From an uncultured delta proteobacterium (GTDB lineage Bacteria; Myxococcota_A; Polyangia; Polyangiales; Polyangiaceae), in NCBI GenBank assembly GCA_963850305.1, contig CAWKKR010000007.1, forward strand, positions 512,001 to 576,000: a stretch of 64,000 nucleotides of DNA. Direction: 5' to 3'. How positions within the stretch are numbered: the first letter of the stretch is position 1; each line of letters starts with the position of its first letter. Made by a program: the position numbers and the translations under genes. The notes beneath the pieces were generated by a model. That model was not told the origin of the DNA. It searched no databases and worked only from the letters and a program-made list of their open reading frames with translations. Below, piece after piece: positions 29,771 to 39,295 of this stretch.

Positions 29771-30988
29771 ATGAACGATGGCGTGCTCCATGGCGTTCGG
29801 GTCGTTGACTTTGGGCGTTACATCGCTGGCCCGTATTGCGCCGCAGTGCTCGCCGACCTCGGCGCGGACGTGATTCGCGTCGAGCGTGCGGACGGGAGTG
29901 AAGATCGGTTCCTTGCGCCGGTCACGGACGATGGCGACGGCGCGATCTTCTTGCAGTGCAATCGCGGCAAGCGGGCAATTGCATTCGACCCGTTGTCGCC
30001 GGACGGGCGGGAGATCACGCGAAGGCTCGTGGAGACGGCGGACGTGATCGTCGCGAACCTGCCTCGACGCACGCTCGCAGAGATGGGTCTCGATTTTCCC
30101 GCGCTGTCGCGGCAAAACCCCCGGGCTATCCTGACGGCGATCACGGCGTTCGGAAACCGAGGGCCGTACGCCCACCGAGTGGGCTTCGACGGCATCGGTC
30201 AGGCGATGTCGGGCGCGATGTACCTGTCAGGGACGCCCGACGCGCCGTCGAAATCCATCGCGAACTACGTCGACTTCACCACGGCCGTGTCGGCCGCTCT
30301 CGGCACCGTGGCGGCCCTCCTCGAACGGACGAGGACCGGCCGCGGTCAGCTCGTCGAGGGTTCGCTTCTCGGGTCCGCCCTCACGTTGATGAACGGCGCG
30401 CTCGCCGAAGAAGCTCTCCTCGGTATCGGGCGGGTTGGGTCCCAAAACAGAAGTCAGCTTTCGGCGCCGTCCGACACTTTCCGCACGCGAGATGGCTGGG
30501 TACTGGTCCAGACCGTCGGCCAACCGCTATTCGAACGATGGACCCGGCTCGTCGGCGAACCCGCGTGGCTCCAGGACCCCCGCTTCAAGAGCGACATCGA
30601 GCGCGGCAAGCACGGGGCGCTCTTGTGCGAGCGCATGCAAGCTTGGTGTGGCGAACGCTCGAGCGCCGTCGCGCTCGCGGAGCTCGAGGCGGCGAAGATC
30701 CCGGCCGGACCGGTGCTGTCTCCTCATGCCGCTCTCCTGGATCCCCAGGTCCAGGGCGGCGACTTCTTCGCGGCACTCGACTATCCCGGACTCGCGCGCG
30801 CGGCCCCGATTGCGAGATTGCCGTTCGAATTATCCGAAGGGGGCGTTCGTATCCGAGGCCGCGCCCCGACTCTCGGAGAGCACACCGAGCAGATCCTCGG
30901 CGAGCTTGGTTACGATGCGGCGGAGATAGAGGGGCTTCGGGACAAGACCAGGGACGGCCACACCGGCAAGCCGGTCGTCCCGCACTAG
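29771..30988 (+). CDS. CaiB/BaiF family III CoA-transferase
   Basis: GVRVVDF, AGPYCAAVLADLGADVIRVE, NRGKR, GFDGIGQAMSG, APTLGEHT. Confidence 0.92.
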   Translation: MNDGVLHGVRVVDFGRYIAGPYCAAVLADLGADVIRVERADGSEDRFLAPVTDDGDGAIFLQCNRGKRAIAFDPLSPDGREITRRLVETADVIVANLPRRTLAEMGLDFPALSRQNPRAILTAITAFGNRGPYAHRVGFDGIGQAMSGAMYLSGTPDAPSKSIANYVDFTTAVSAALGTVAALLERTRTGRGQLVEGSLLGSALTLMNGALAEEALLGIGRVGSQNRSQLSAPSDTFRTRDGWVLVQTVGQPLFERWTRLVGEPAWLQDPRFKSDIERGKHGALLCERMQAWCGERSSAVALAELEAAKIPAGPVLSPHAALLDPQVQGGDFFAALDYPGLARAAPIARLPFELSEGGVRIRGRAPTLGEHTEQILGELGYDAAEIEGLRDKTRDGHTGKPVVPH

Positions 30989-31083
30989 AATGGTTGCAGA
31001 GGTGCATGTTCAATTGTGGAGGGGAGCGTGCCCGTTCCGGTGGTGGGGTGACTGATTCTCGGCACTTGAACTCGCTACCTCTC

Positions 31084-31099
31084 TGGCACGAACCCTGCT
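31084..31099 (+). promoter_or_regulatory. sigma-54 -24/-12 promoter
   Basis: TGGCACGAACCCTGCT (GG-N10-GC); GTG start 15 nt after the -12 C. Confidence 0.6.
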
Positions 31100-31112
31100 A
31101 TCTCGCGCGCTC

Positions 31113-31538
31113 GTGACCATGACCCTCGAACAGATTCAGTCGTCGCCCCGCGTGTCGCCAGCCCCGTACCTGGTCCTCCTGGCGGAGCCCGATGCCGATG
31201 CACGGGGCCGTCTCGGCGCGTCTCTGGAGGCGCTCGGTCCGCACGTGGTCACGCACGTCGAGGATGGGGACGAACTCGAACGCGCGTTCTTCAACCGGGG
31301 GCCGTACGACCTCGTCGTTTGTCGCTCGGCGCTCGGGGCAACGAGCGGGCTCGACGTGCTCGCAAAGGCGCGGCGCCGCGGACGCCGCTCGTCGTTCATC
31401 GTTTACTCGTCGCTCGAGGGACCGTGGCTTCGCGTGTTCGTCAGCGACTCCGACGCGACCGTGCTTTCGAGTCGCGTGGTCTCGCTCGACGGTCTCGCGC
31501 AACTCGCGAAGGGCGTGCTCGACTCCAAGCGGTGGTAG
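31113..31538 (+). CDS. Atypical stand-alone receiver-domain protein
   Basis: VLLAEPD, VEDGDE, YDLVVCR, SGLDVL; the phospho-acceptor Asp position holds Arg. Confidence 0.65.
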   Translation: MTMTLEQIQSSPRVSPAPYLVLLAEPDADARGRLGASLEALGPHVVTHVEDGDELERAFFNRGPYDLVVCRSALGATSGLDVLAKARRRGRRSSFIVYSSLEGPWLRVFVSDSDATVLSSRVVSLDGLAQLAKGVLDSKRW

Positions 31539-31556
31539 GCGGGCTCCGCTGCAGTC

Positions 31557-32774
31557 TCATTGGAGCAGTGGGAACCGTCGCTCATCGTAGCCAAATTCGG
31601 TTGGGATGAGCTCCACGACCGTGTGAAGCGGGATGACGACGTAGGGACACTCATCCTGCGGTTTGCCGGTGAGATACCCGTAGAGCGCCCGTATCACGGC
31701 CTGGTGCGCGATGATCAACACGGGCGACCTCTGACGCTCGAGCTCCACGATGACCGGTTCGAGGCGCTGGACCACGTCCGCGTAGGATTCGCCGCGAGGG
31801 TACCGGTAACGGAACTTGTCGCGGGCCCGCGCGGCGAACTCGTCCGGCATCTCTTCGCGGATCTCCGGGTAGGTCATACCGTCGCACACGCCCGCGTCGA
31901 TCTCGTCCAGCGACCGCCAGGTGAACGCAGCCGTCTCGAGCGGCCCTGCGGTGGCGACCGTACGCTGCAGAGTGCTCGTCCACACCACGGGCACCCTCGG
32001 CTGTGTGCGAATGAAATCTCCGAGCGCGCGTGCGTACTCTGCGCCTCGCTGCGTGAGCGGCGGATCGCCGCCAATCCGTCCGAGCACGTTGAACTCACTC
32101 TCGCCGTGGCGCGTAAGCCAGACTGGTCTGTCCGTCGGCTGAATCTGCATCAAAAAGAAGACGAGTCGCGAGCGGAGATAGCCCTCCAGCCGGTTGACGA
32201 TGACCTGGCGCCCCATGTCGACGAGCTTGATGTAGCTGCCTTCGGCGTCCGAGACTGGCTCGTACGTTCGCTCATAGTGAGCGATTCGTGCGCGGAAATC
32301 CCTGAACGCCGCATCGCTGGACATGCCCTCGTAGTCGGGAAGTCCCACCTTGTTGCGCCGGACGTTCGCATCCACGATCGCCTGGTCATCGCAGATCGTC
32401 TCGACGAACATCACCTTTATTCCGGCTCTCGCACAGCGCTCTTGAATGACGGCGCGCCGGCTCCTCTCGGTGTTCGTGGCATCGTAAATGCCGACTTCGC
32501 CGCCCTGGTCGAACCACGCGAGGAGATCGTCGAGGGCTGCCATGGCGAAGGCTAATCGTTCTTCCTTCGTCGCCGCGTTGTCCGGCGCGAAGTACGCTGC
32601 CGGCTGCTTCGCTCCGGCGCGTCTACGGCGGTAGTCCCCGACGTTCACCCAGAGCGTGCGGTGGCCGAGCCACGCAAGGTATCGCTGGAGCTTCCGTGCG
32701 ACGAACGTCTTGCCGCGCGCCGGCAACCCTACCATGACTAGCGCCAGCTTCTGTGGACCGGGACTCGAGCTCAT
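31557..32774 (-). CDS. Bifunctional 6-phosphofructo-2-kinase/fructose-2,6-bisphosphatase (PFKFB-like)
   Basis: Kinase: MVGLPARGKT, NVGDYRR, DATN, FVETICDD, RIAHY, YIKL. Phosphatase: RHGES, RIGGD, WTSTLQRT, LDEIDAGVCDGMTY, YRYPRGESY, HQAVIR. Confidence 0.92.
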   Translation of the reverse strand: MSSSPGPQKLALVMVGLPARGKTFVARKLQRYLAWLGHRTLWVNVGDYRRRRAGAKQPAAYFAPDNAATKEERLAFAMAALDDLLAWFDQGGEVGIYDATNTERSRRAVIQERCARAGIKVMFVETICDDQAIVDANVRRNKVGLPDYEGMSSDAAFRDFRARIAHYERTYEPVSDAEGSYIKLVDMGRQVIVNRLEGYLRSRLVFFLMQIQPTDRPVWLTRHGESEFNVLGRIGGDPPLTQRGAEYARALGDFIRTQPRVPVVWTSTLQRTVATAGPLETAAFTWRSLDEIDAGVCDGMTYPEIREEMPDEFAARARDKFRYRYPRGESYADVVQRLEPVIVELERQRSPVLIIAHQAVIRALYGYLTGKPQDECPYVVIPLHTVVELIPTEFGYDERRFPLLQ

Positions 32775-32792
32775 CGGGCACCTATATCGAAA

Positions 32793-34898
32793 CTACTCGC
32801 ACGCGCCGGCGGTGCCGCAAGGGGTACAAAGCTCGCCTGCGTTGCAGCCGATGCCGTTCAAGGTCGCCTTCACGATGGGGTTCGTGATCTGGCAATCCGG
32901 CAGACAAGCCCCGAGCCCTGCGGAGCAGCTCGGGAAGTTCGCCGTTGCATCTGCCACCTTCAAGTCAGGCATACACAACGAGCCTGCGCCGCAAGAATCT
33001 TGAGGGAGCGTCGACGCCTCGGTGGAACCGATGAGCACGGTCGGCACGCAGGTCCCGCGCGCGGCGCCGTTCGTGGCGGGGTAGGGACAGCACGTCGGAT
33101 AGAGGGTCTTGGCCCCCGCGGGCTTGTCACCATTGAATTTGCAGGCGCCGCTGTCGACACCGGTGACCGGGTCGTAACAAGGGACGCAGAGCTCGTTCGC
33201 CGCGCAGGTCTCCTCTAGCAAGGTCGACGCGGCGGCGGCCACTTTCGGCATGCACGATGGGAGGCACCGGGCCTCGAGGTTGCCGGGCGCGGTGCAGCTC
33301 GCGGGCTTTGCAGACGGGTCGAGGAGCGCGGTCGGCGCGCACACGAGTGACGTCCCGGTGCACGTATCTGCTCCGAGTTCCGCCGCGGTAGACGCCGCTA
33401 CGTACGTTTTCGGAACGCAATCCCCCACGCCGCCGCAGCAGGCTGTGAAGGTCTTCTTCGCGGCTTTCGGCGCGTCGCCGTTTTCGTCGCACACGCCGGT
33501 GTCCGAACCGGTTTGCGGATCGTAGCAGGGCGCGCAGAGCGTGTTCGCGGGACACGCGGGAGAACCGGAGTCGAGCCTGGCTTTTTCGGCTTGTATCGAC
33601 GGAACGCAAGCCGGGATGCAACGGCCTTCGGCGCCAACTGCGCCCAGCGCCGTGCAGGCCTTCGGCAGGTCTCCCGTGACGGAAAACACGTCGGGTGAAC
33701 AGAGCGACCCGCTCCCCGTGCACGTATCCTTGTCGAGCGACGCTTGCTCGCCTGCCGTCAGGAGCGTCGATGGCAAGCAATGTCCAAGTCCGCTACAGCA
33801 CCCAGGGAACTGGAAGGGCTGATTCTTCGGGGTGTCTCCGTTCTGCGTGCAGGCGGACGTCTCCTCGCCGGAGATCGGATCGTAACAGGGGGCGCACAGA
33901 TAGCCGCTCGCGCAGACGTCCTGGGGCAAACTGCTCGCCTCGGACGCGATGTCGGGCAAACAGCTCTCGAGGCACCGTCCTTCGCTGCCGCCCAGGGACG
34001 TGCAGATTGGCGGCTGGGACGTGCCGTCGCTCAAGTCGTTCGGCGAGCAGAGGTCCGCGGCGTTCTTGCAGACGTCCTTGTCGAGCAAGATGGCCGACGA
34101 CAGCGAACTCGAGGGGACGCACGAGCCGAGGCCGCCGCAGCAAGCTTGAAACGGGTTCGGCGCCTCGGTCGGCCCAGGGTCGCAGCCCTGATCGCAGGCG
34201 TGGGTGTTCGCGCCTGTCCGCGGATCGTAGCAGGGCGCGCAGAGATCTCCGGCTCCGCAGACATCGCGAGGCAAGGATGCGGCCTGAGACGCGATGCTGG
34301 GAATGCACGTCGAGAGGCAACGACCCTCTTCGCCGTTCACGGATGTACAAGTTGGCGGGATGAATTTACCGGCGCGCGCGAGAACGTACGCCGGTATGCA
34401 TTTGCTGCCCGTCCCGCAGTCGGCGAAAAACGCCGCGGACGCCTCCGGAACGAGGCTGGACGCGACGCACTTGCCGTTCGTGCAAAGCGGGAAGTCCGTC
34501 GAGCTACACGCAACGTCGTTCGACACGTCGAGGAGTGTCGCGGGCACGACGCAACCTTCTGCGCCGCCGCCCGTGCCACCTTCGGTAGAGCCAGCATCAC
34601 TTCCCTTCGCGACGACCCCGGAATCATCGTGCGCGTCCACACCCGCGTCGACAACCGAGCCACTTCCGGTCCCGCCTGTAACCGAGGTTCCCCCGGCTCC
34701 CGGCGGGACGCCCCCGTTCCCGCTCTGGCCGAGAGAATTCGTCCCCCCCGCGCCGAAGATGGCATTGCCTGCGTCCGGCTGATGCTCATGACCGCCGCTC
34801 GTGCTCGAACCGCAAGCGGTGACGACCTGGCCGCAGGCGAACAGGACAAAGGCCTCAAGAATCCGGATCAGGAACTTCGAGCCGATGAGGGTCTTCAT
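32793..34898 (-). CDS. Cys-rich tandem-repeat lipoprotein (four ~120-aa units)
   Basis: Lipobox VTAC; Gly linker; four units with E[GA]RC[LI]..C.P, C[AV]PCYDP.[TS]G and CC motifs. Confidence 0.8.
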   Translation of the reverse strand: MKTLIGSKFLIRILEAFVLFACGQVVTACGSSTSGGHEHQPDAGNAIFGAGGTNSLGQSGNGGVPPGAGGTSVTGGTGSGSVVDAGVDAHDDSGVVAKGSDAGSTEGGTGGGAEGCVVPATLLDVSNDVACSSTDFPLCTNGKCVASSLVPEASAAFFADCGTGSKCIPAYVLARAGKFIPPTCTSVNGEEGRCLSTCIPSIASQAASLPRDVCGAGDLCAPCYDPRTGANTHACDQGCDPGPTEAPNPFQACCGGLGSCVPSSSLSSAILLDKDVCKNAADLCSPNDLSDGTSQPPICTSLGGSEGRCLESCLPDIASEASSLPQDVCASGYLCAPCYDPISGEETSACTQNGDTPKNQPFQFPGCCSGLGHCLPSTLLTAGEQASLDKDTCTGSGSLCSPDVFSVTGDLPKACTALGAVGAEGRCIPACVPSIQAEKARLDSGSPACPANTLCAPCYDPQTGSDTGVCDENGDAPKAAKKTFTACCGGVGDCVPKTYVAASTAAELGADTCTGTSLVCAPTALLDPSAKPASCTAPGNLEARCLPSCMPKVAAAASTLLEETCAANELCVPCYDPVTGVDSGACKFNGDKPAGAKTLYPTCCPYPATNGAARGTCVPTVLIGSTEASTLPQDSCGAGSLCMPDLKVADATANFPSCSAGLGACLPDCQITNPIVKATLNGIGCNAGELCTPCGTAGACE

Positions 34899-34982
34899 CA
34901 CCAAGCAAGCCTCTCCAGGCTGCCGCGTCAGAGCCTAGCAGATCGGATCCTCACCGCAGACTGAACGAATTTTGCACGAGGC

Positions 34983-36377
34983 TCACGCTGCGCGTTCGGC
35001 GGCGCCCCCGCCGGCCAGCTCCTCGACCGAATCCGCGATGCCCCGCGCCAGGATCTCGGCGTCCGGGAACAGATCGAAATCTGCGTTGATACCGAAGCCG
35101 ACTTTGCCGTTATACGAAAGCGCGGCAATCCCGAGCGACGTGACGCCGGCGATGGGCACGACGGGGAAAGCGTCGATCATCTCGCCGCCCTTGAGGAAGA
35201 GCGGAAACTGGGGTCCCGGCACGTTCGTGACGACCAGGTTGCACATCCGCGCGAGCGGGAGTGCCTTGCCCGCCAGCGAGAGCACAGTGGGCGGCGCGTA
35301 GGCGCTGGCCTTCAACCAGAAGTCCGCGGCGACGGCCTGGTTCGATTCTTTCGCCGCACGCATGGATGCCTGGACGCGCCGGACGCGCTCGTCCGGCCGT
35401 TCCTCGCCGATGGGCAAATCCGCAACGACCCAACTCACCCGATTGCCGGGCGTATTACGCTCCGATGCCGCGCGGAAACTGACGGGGATCATGGCCTTCA
35501 AGACGAGCCCGTCCACGGTTTCTTTTCGTTCCAGCAGGAGCTTCCGGAGGCCACCGGACACGACGGCGAGCAGCACGTCGTTCACGGTGCAGTCGAGCCG
35601 CGCACGCACGGTCTTCAGCTTTCCGAGCTCGGTTCGCACGGTCTCGAACCGCCGGTGCGGTCCGATGCCGCGAGTGAATGAGGTTCTCGGCGCGAGTTCG
35701 AGCCCGGCTCTGCCGAACGACAGGAGCCCGCGGGCGAGGTCTTTGCCACGCTCCAGGTATTCACGAGGTGCCTGCGACACCTTCCGGACGGATCGCATGA
35801 CGTCCGCCGGTTGAGCGGCGCGCTCGACGAGAGCGTCGCGGAGCAATTCCGAAGGGGTCGGCGGTGCCTCGGGGACCCAGGGCGGCACGTCCAGCGGGGG
35901 CGATTCAGGTCCGAAATCCAGCAAAACAGTCCCGATGTCGACAGCGCCGAGCCCATCGACGAGGCAGTGGTGGCACTTCGTCAAGAGAGCGCTTCGTCCG
36001 CCCGGGAGGCTGACATGCCAGATCTCCCAGAGTGGACGGTTGCGTTCCAGCTGGCGTCCGAGCAGGCGCGAAGCAAGCCGCAGCAGGTCACGCTCCGTTG
36101 CGCTTGCCGGGAGCTTGGTGAAGATGACGTGGTTTCGGACATCGAAGTCCCGATCGTCTATCCACACCGGCCTGCCCTGATTCCCCGGCACCCAGGCGAT
36201 CTTCTGCCGGTACCGCGGCACGAGGTGAAGTCGCCGTTCCACGTGGGAGAGCAGCGCGAGTTCGCGTGAGTCGGCGTCTTGAAAGATCGTGAGCGAGCCC
36301 ACGTGCATGTGCGCCGTCGGCGATTCCGCGTACAAGAAAGCCGAGTCAATCGGCTGTAGCCGCTCGTATCGGGTCAT
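34983..36377 (-). CDS. Wax ester synthase/diacylglycerol acyltransferase (WS/DGAT)
   Basis: DSAFLYAES..HMHVG, RPLWE, catalytic HHCLVDG, TVNDV, NLVVTNVPGP. Confidence 0.93.
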   Translation of the reverse strand: MTRYERLQPIDSAFLYAESPTAHMHVGSLTIFQDADSRELALLSHVERRLHLVPRYRQKIAWVPGNQGRPVWIDDRDFDVRNHVIFTKLPASATERDLLRLASRLLGRQLERNRPLWEIWHVSLPGGRSALLTKCHHCLVDGLGAVDIGTVLLDFGPESPPLDVPPWVPEAPPTPSELLRDALVERAAQPADVMRSVRKVSQAPREYLERGKDLARGLLSFGRAGLELAPRTSFTRGIGPHRRFETVRTELGKLKTVRARLDCTVNDVLLAVVSGGLRKLLLERKETVDGLVLKAMIPVSFRAASERNTPGNRVSWVVADLPIGEERPDERVRRVQASMRAAKESNQAVAADFWLKASAYAPPTVLSLAGKALPLARMCNLVVTNVPGPQFPLFLKGGEMIDAFPVVPIAGVTSLGIAALSYNGKVGFGINADFDLFPDAEILARGIADSVEELAGGGAAERAA

Positions 36378-36515
36378 CGTAGCCTCCCTCGTCGCCTCGC
36401 GCTCGAGAGCGAACAGTGACGAGCTTAGCCCCTGCTACGCGTTTTTCTACCTGAACGGACGCGAGCTGCTCGACTATGATGTCAGAAGGGCTCGATTGCG
36501 ATAAAGGAACGGAAG

Positions 36516-36878
36516 ATGGACGAGAGCGTTCGACGCAAAGTCTGCCGGTTGATTGCGGGTATCGTGGTGTCCGACGAGGACTTGTCCCCGCAGGAAGATG
36601 CGTTCGTGGACCGCATGCTCGAGCGTTTCGGCATCCCGCTGGCGGATCGGGAGGTCATCTTCCCAATCATCGATTCATCGGAGGCGGCTGCTGCCATTCG
36701 AGAGTTCGACCCCGCCCTGCGCACGGAAGCCTTCGGGCTCCTCATCGAGGCCGCCGCCGTGGACGGATCCATCGCACCCGAAGAGCTTGGTTATCTCGAA
36801 ACCGTGGCTGAAGCCGTCGGCGTCTCGAAGGACGAGCTAGGAGATCGGCTCGCTGCGGCTCTCGCGAAGCGCCCGTGA
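36516..36878 (+). CDS. TerB-like protein
   Basis: SDEDLSPQE and AAVDGSIAPEELGYL motifs. Confidence 0.75.
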   Translation: MDESVRRKVCRLIAGIVVSDEDLSPQEDAFVDRMLERFGIPLADREVIFPIIDSSEAAAAIREFDPALRTEAFGLLIEAAAVDGSIAPEELGYLETVAEAVGVSKDELGDRLAAALAKRP

Positions 36879-37001
36879 GCCGCCGCGCCGGCCTGCGGCT
36901 GGGCGCGGCCGGGTTGACGGTGATTGGTCACCCCTTCGCTCGTGTTATCGCGAAGCCGCATTTCTTTCGCGCCTCGCGTCTACCCATGAGGAGGTACTCC
37001 C

Positions 37002-37175
37002 CTGGACGAGTATCACGTGGCGCTTCGTTTCTGGACCGCGGCGCTGGCCGTCATCCTCGTGGCGCCTTACGCGGCGGCCGCCGCGGGGCGCTTTCTTCAA
37101 TCGCTGGACGAGCACGTTTCGGGCGGCGGTGGGCCGATTTCGCTCCCGCCGTCGCCGCGGCCGAGTTCGCCGTAA
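37002..37175 (+). CDS. Putative small membrane protein (57 aa, CTG start), not in ORF track
   Basis: GAGGAGGT SD 6 nt before CTG; hydrophobic FWTAALAVILVAPYAAAAA; GC3-rich codons; tandem TAATAA stop. Confidence 0.45.
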   Translation: MDEYHVALRFWTAALAVILVAPYAAAAAGRFLQSLDEHVSGGGGPISLPPSPRPSSP

Positions 37176-37223
37176 TAATCGCGGAGATCGTCTGGCTCGC
37201 CTCGGCCCGGGAGCTCGGCCCGC

Positions 37224-38333
37224 GTGGATGATGGGGGCCGTTCGCGCGCCTGGATCCCGTCGCTCGACGGGCTCCGGTGCCTCGCGATCCTCCCCGTCAT
37301 CTGGCATCACAGCACGTCTGCGCCGGCTCCGGGCCTGCTCGGCAAGGGGCCGCTGGGCGTCCATCTGTTCTTCGCCATCAGTGGCTTTTTGATCACGACC
37401 CTCCTGCTGCAGGAACGAGCGGATACCCGCCGGATCTCGCTCCGGAGATTCTTCGGGCGCCGGAGTCTGCGGATCTTTCCGCTCTACTACGCCGTTCTCG
37501 CCCTCTTCGTGCTTCGCGCTCTCTGGTTTCTGCCCGACTCCCCGATGCGCGCGCACTTCCTGGGCAACGTGCCGTACTTTGCGACGTACACGACGAACTG
37601 GTTTGTGGACTTCGGCGTCCCGCATCCGGTCATCTTCGGCTTCTCCTGGTCCCTCGCGACCGAGGAGCAGTTCTACCTGGTGTGGCCGCTCGTCATCGCC
37701 AGCTCTCGTTCGCTCGCCGCGCCGGTCGCATTCGTCATCGGGCTTCTCGCTCTCGACCGTGCCGGGCTCGGTCATCTCGCATTCCTCGGCGTTCACGGCA
37801 CGCTGTTCCGGATCGTCACGAGTATTTCGACGCCGATCTGTATCGGCTCCCTCCTCGCGTGTGGGCTTGCTTCGCCGAGAGCTGCGCGCGCGATCCGGCG
37901 CGTGCTCGGGCCGCGGTTCATGGCGCCCCTGGTGCTCTTCGCGCTCGTCGCGTGCGTCTTCATCGACGCGCCCCTCCTTTTGATCCACGTCGCGATGACC
38001 GCGCTGGTCGGCGCCGTCACAATCCGTCGTGACCACGGGCTCGCGTTCTTCCTCGACGCGCGCCCGGTCCGCTACGTCGGTTCCATCAGCTACGCAATGT
38101 ATCTTCTCCACGTTTCCGCCATCACCCTCGTGAAAATGCTCGGCGTATCCACTCCCCCGCTGGCGGTGTTCGTGCTTGCGACGCTCGTGACGGTGCTGCT
38201 CGCGTCGATCACGCGCCGCCACATCGAGCTTCCGATTCTGAGGTGGAGAGACCGGAGGCTGCCGGCGCCGGGGTCCGCGCGCGTCCGCGCGCCCTTGGTT
38301 CCGGTCATCGGACTCACGAGCGACGGACGGTGA
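37224..38333 (+). CDS. Acyltransferase family 3 (OafA-like)
   Basis: SLDGLRCLAI, GVHLFFAISGFLIT, RRSLRIFPLYY, WSLATEEQFY, GSISYAMYLLH. Confidence 0.92.
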   Translation: MDDGGRSRAWIPSLDGLRCLAILPVIWHHSTSAPAPGLLGKGPLGVHLFFAISGFLITTLLLQERADTRRISLRRFFGRRSLRIFPLYYAVLALFVLRALWFLPDSPMRAHFLGNVPYFATYTTNWFVDFGVPHPVIFGFSWSLATEEQFYLVWPLVIASSRSLAAPVAFVIGLLALDRAGLGHLAFLGVHGTLFRIVTSISTPICIGSLLACGLASPRAARAIRRVLGPRFMAPLVLFALVACVFIDAPLLLIHVAMTALVGAVTIRRDHGLAFFLDARPVRYVGSISYAMYLLHVSAITLVKMLGVSTPPLAVFVLATLVTVLLASITRRHIELPILRWRDRRLPAPGSARVRAPLVPVIGLTSDGR

Positions 38334-38364
38334 GCAGGCCACCGACAGCGCGCGACACGCAGAG

Positions 38365-39246
38365 TCAGTCGTGTCCCGCGTCGAGGGAAGTGACGACGGC
38401 TCCATCGGGCTCGTAGAGCAGGCCTCCGTCCGAGACGACGGCGGGTCCGTGCCAGTTGGGCGTGCATTCGCCGACCCCGACAGGGTCCCGGTTGAAATGA
38501 ACGCAGTCGCCCTCACTGCCGCCACAGGCGGGGGATCCGCATGCCGCCCAGCGGCAGAGTTTGCGGCACGTGCCTTGCGCGGGTGCCGCAGCGCCGGCGC
38601 AGATCAGGCCCTTGTCACATTGTGCGGGGCTGTCGCACGGAGCTCCGAGTTCGAGCGAACTCGGCTGCTCGCAAGCGACGTCGCCGAGCGGATCGGCGAT
38701 CCGACAGACCTGGTGTTGCTCCGAGCACGCCCCCGGATCGAGCACGTCGCAGTCGTTCACGGGGAAGCAGAGATCGAATCCAGCGGGCACCGTCGCGCCG
38801 GCGTCGTCGATCCGCGCGTCCACCTGGTGAATGCAGCTCTCACCGCTCGGACACGCCGACCAGTCGGCGCCGCAGCACATCTTCCGACATGCACCCTCGA
38901 CGCAGTAGAGTCCCGGACCGCATAGATCGACGTTGTCGCAGGTTTGTCCGTGCGTTCGCGCACCGGGGACGCCGCAAGCGGGCGTCACGGTACCGCGGCT
39001 CTCGTCGATGTCGGGCCAGCACGTCTCGCCGTCCTTGCACCCCGTCTGTGTCTGGTAGTTGCAGGGACCTTGCGCGCACGCGGAGGGCCCGTCAGGGTGG
39101 GGCGGAATGACTCCGCCGCCGAAGAAGATATTCACCGTGCAGACCTGACCGGGAATGGAAACGCTGCCAGTGCCCCCGCACGCTCCCACGCCACCCAGCG
39201 CTACGAGGACGCCGATGATCACTGCTCGTGCGAAATGCCGCATCAT
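38365..39246 (-). CDS. Cys-rich lipoprotein
   Basis: Lipobox VGAC; many Cys repeats such as CGPGLYC, CDKGLIC and CRKLC. Confidence 0.75.
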   Translation of the reverse strand: MMRHFARAVIIGVLVALGGVGACGGTGSVSIPGQVCTVNIFFGGGVIPPHPDGPSACAQGPCNYQTQTGCKDGETCWPDIDESRGTVTPACGVPGARTHGQTCDNVDLCGPGLYCVEGACRKMCCGADWSACPSGESCIHQVDARIDDAGATVPAGFDLCFPVNDCDVLDPGACSEQHQVCRIADPLGDVACEQPSSLELGAPCDSPAQCDKGLICAGAAAPAQGTCRKLCRWAACGSPACGGSEGDCVHFNRDPVGVGECTPNWHGPAVVSDGGLLYEPDGAVVTSLDAGHD

Positions 39247-39295
39247 CGGCCAGTATCTCACCGATGCGCGCGCGGCGCGCAACATTCACCGCTCG

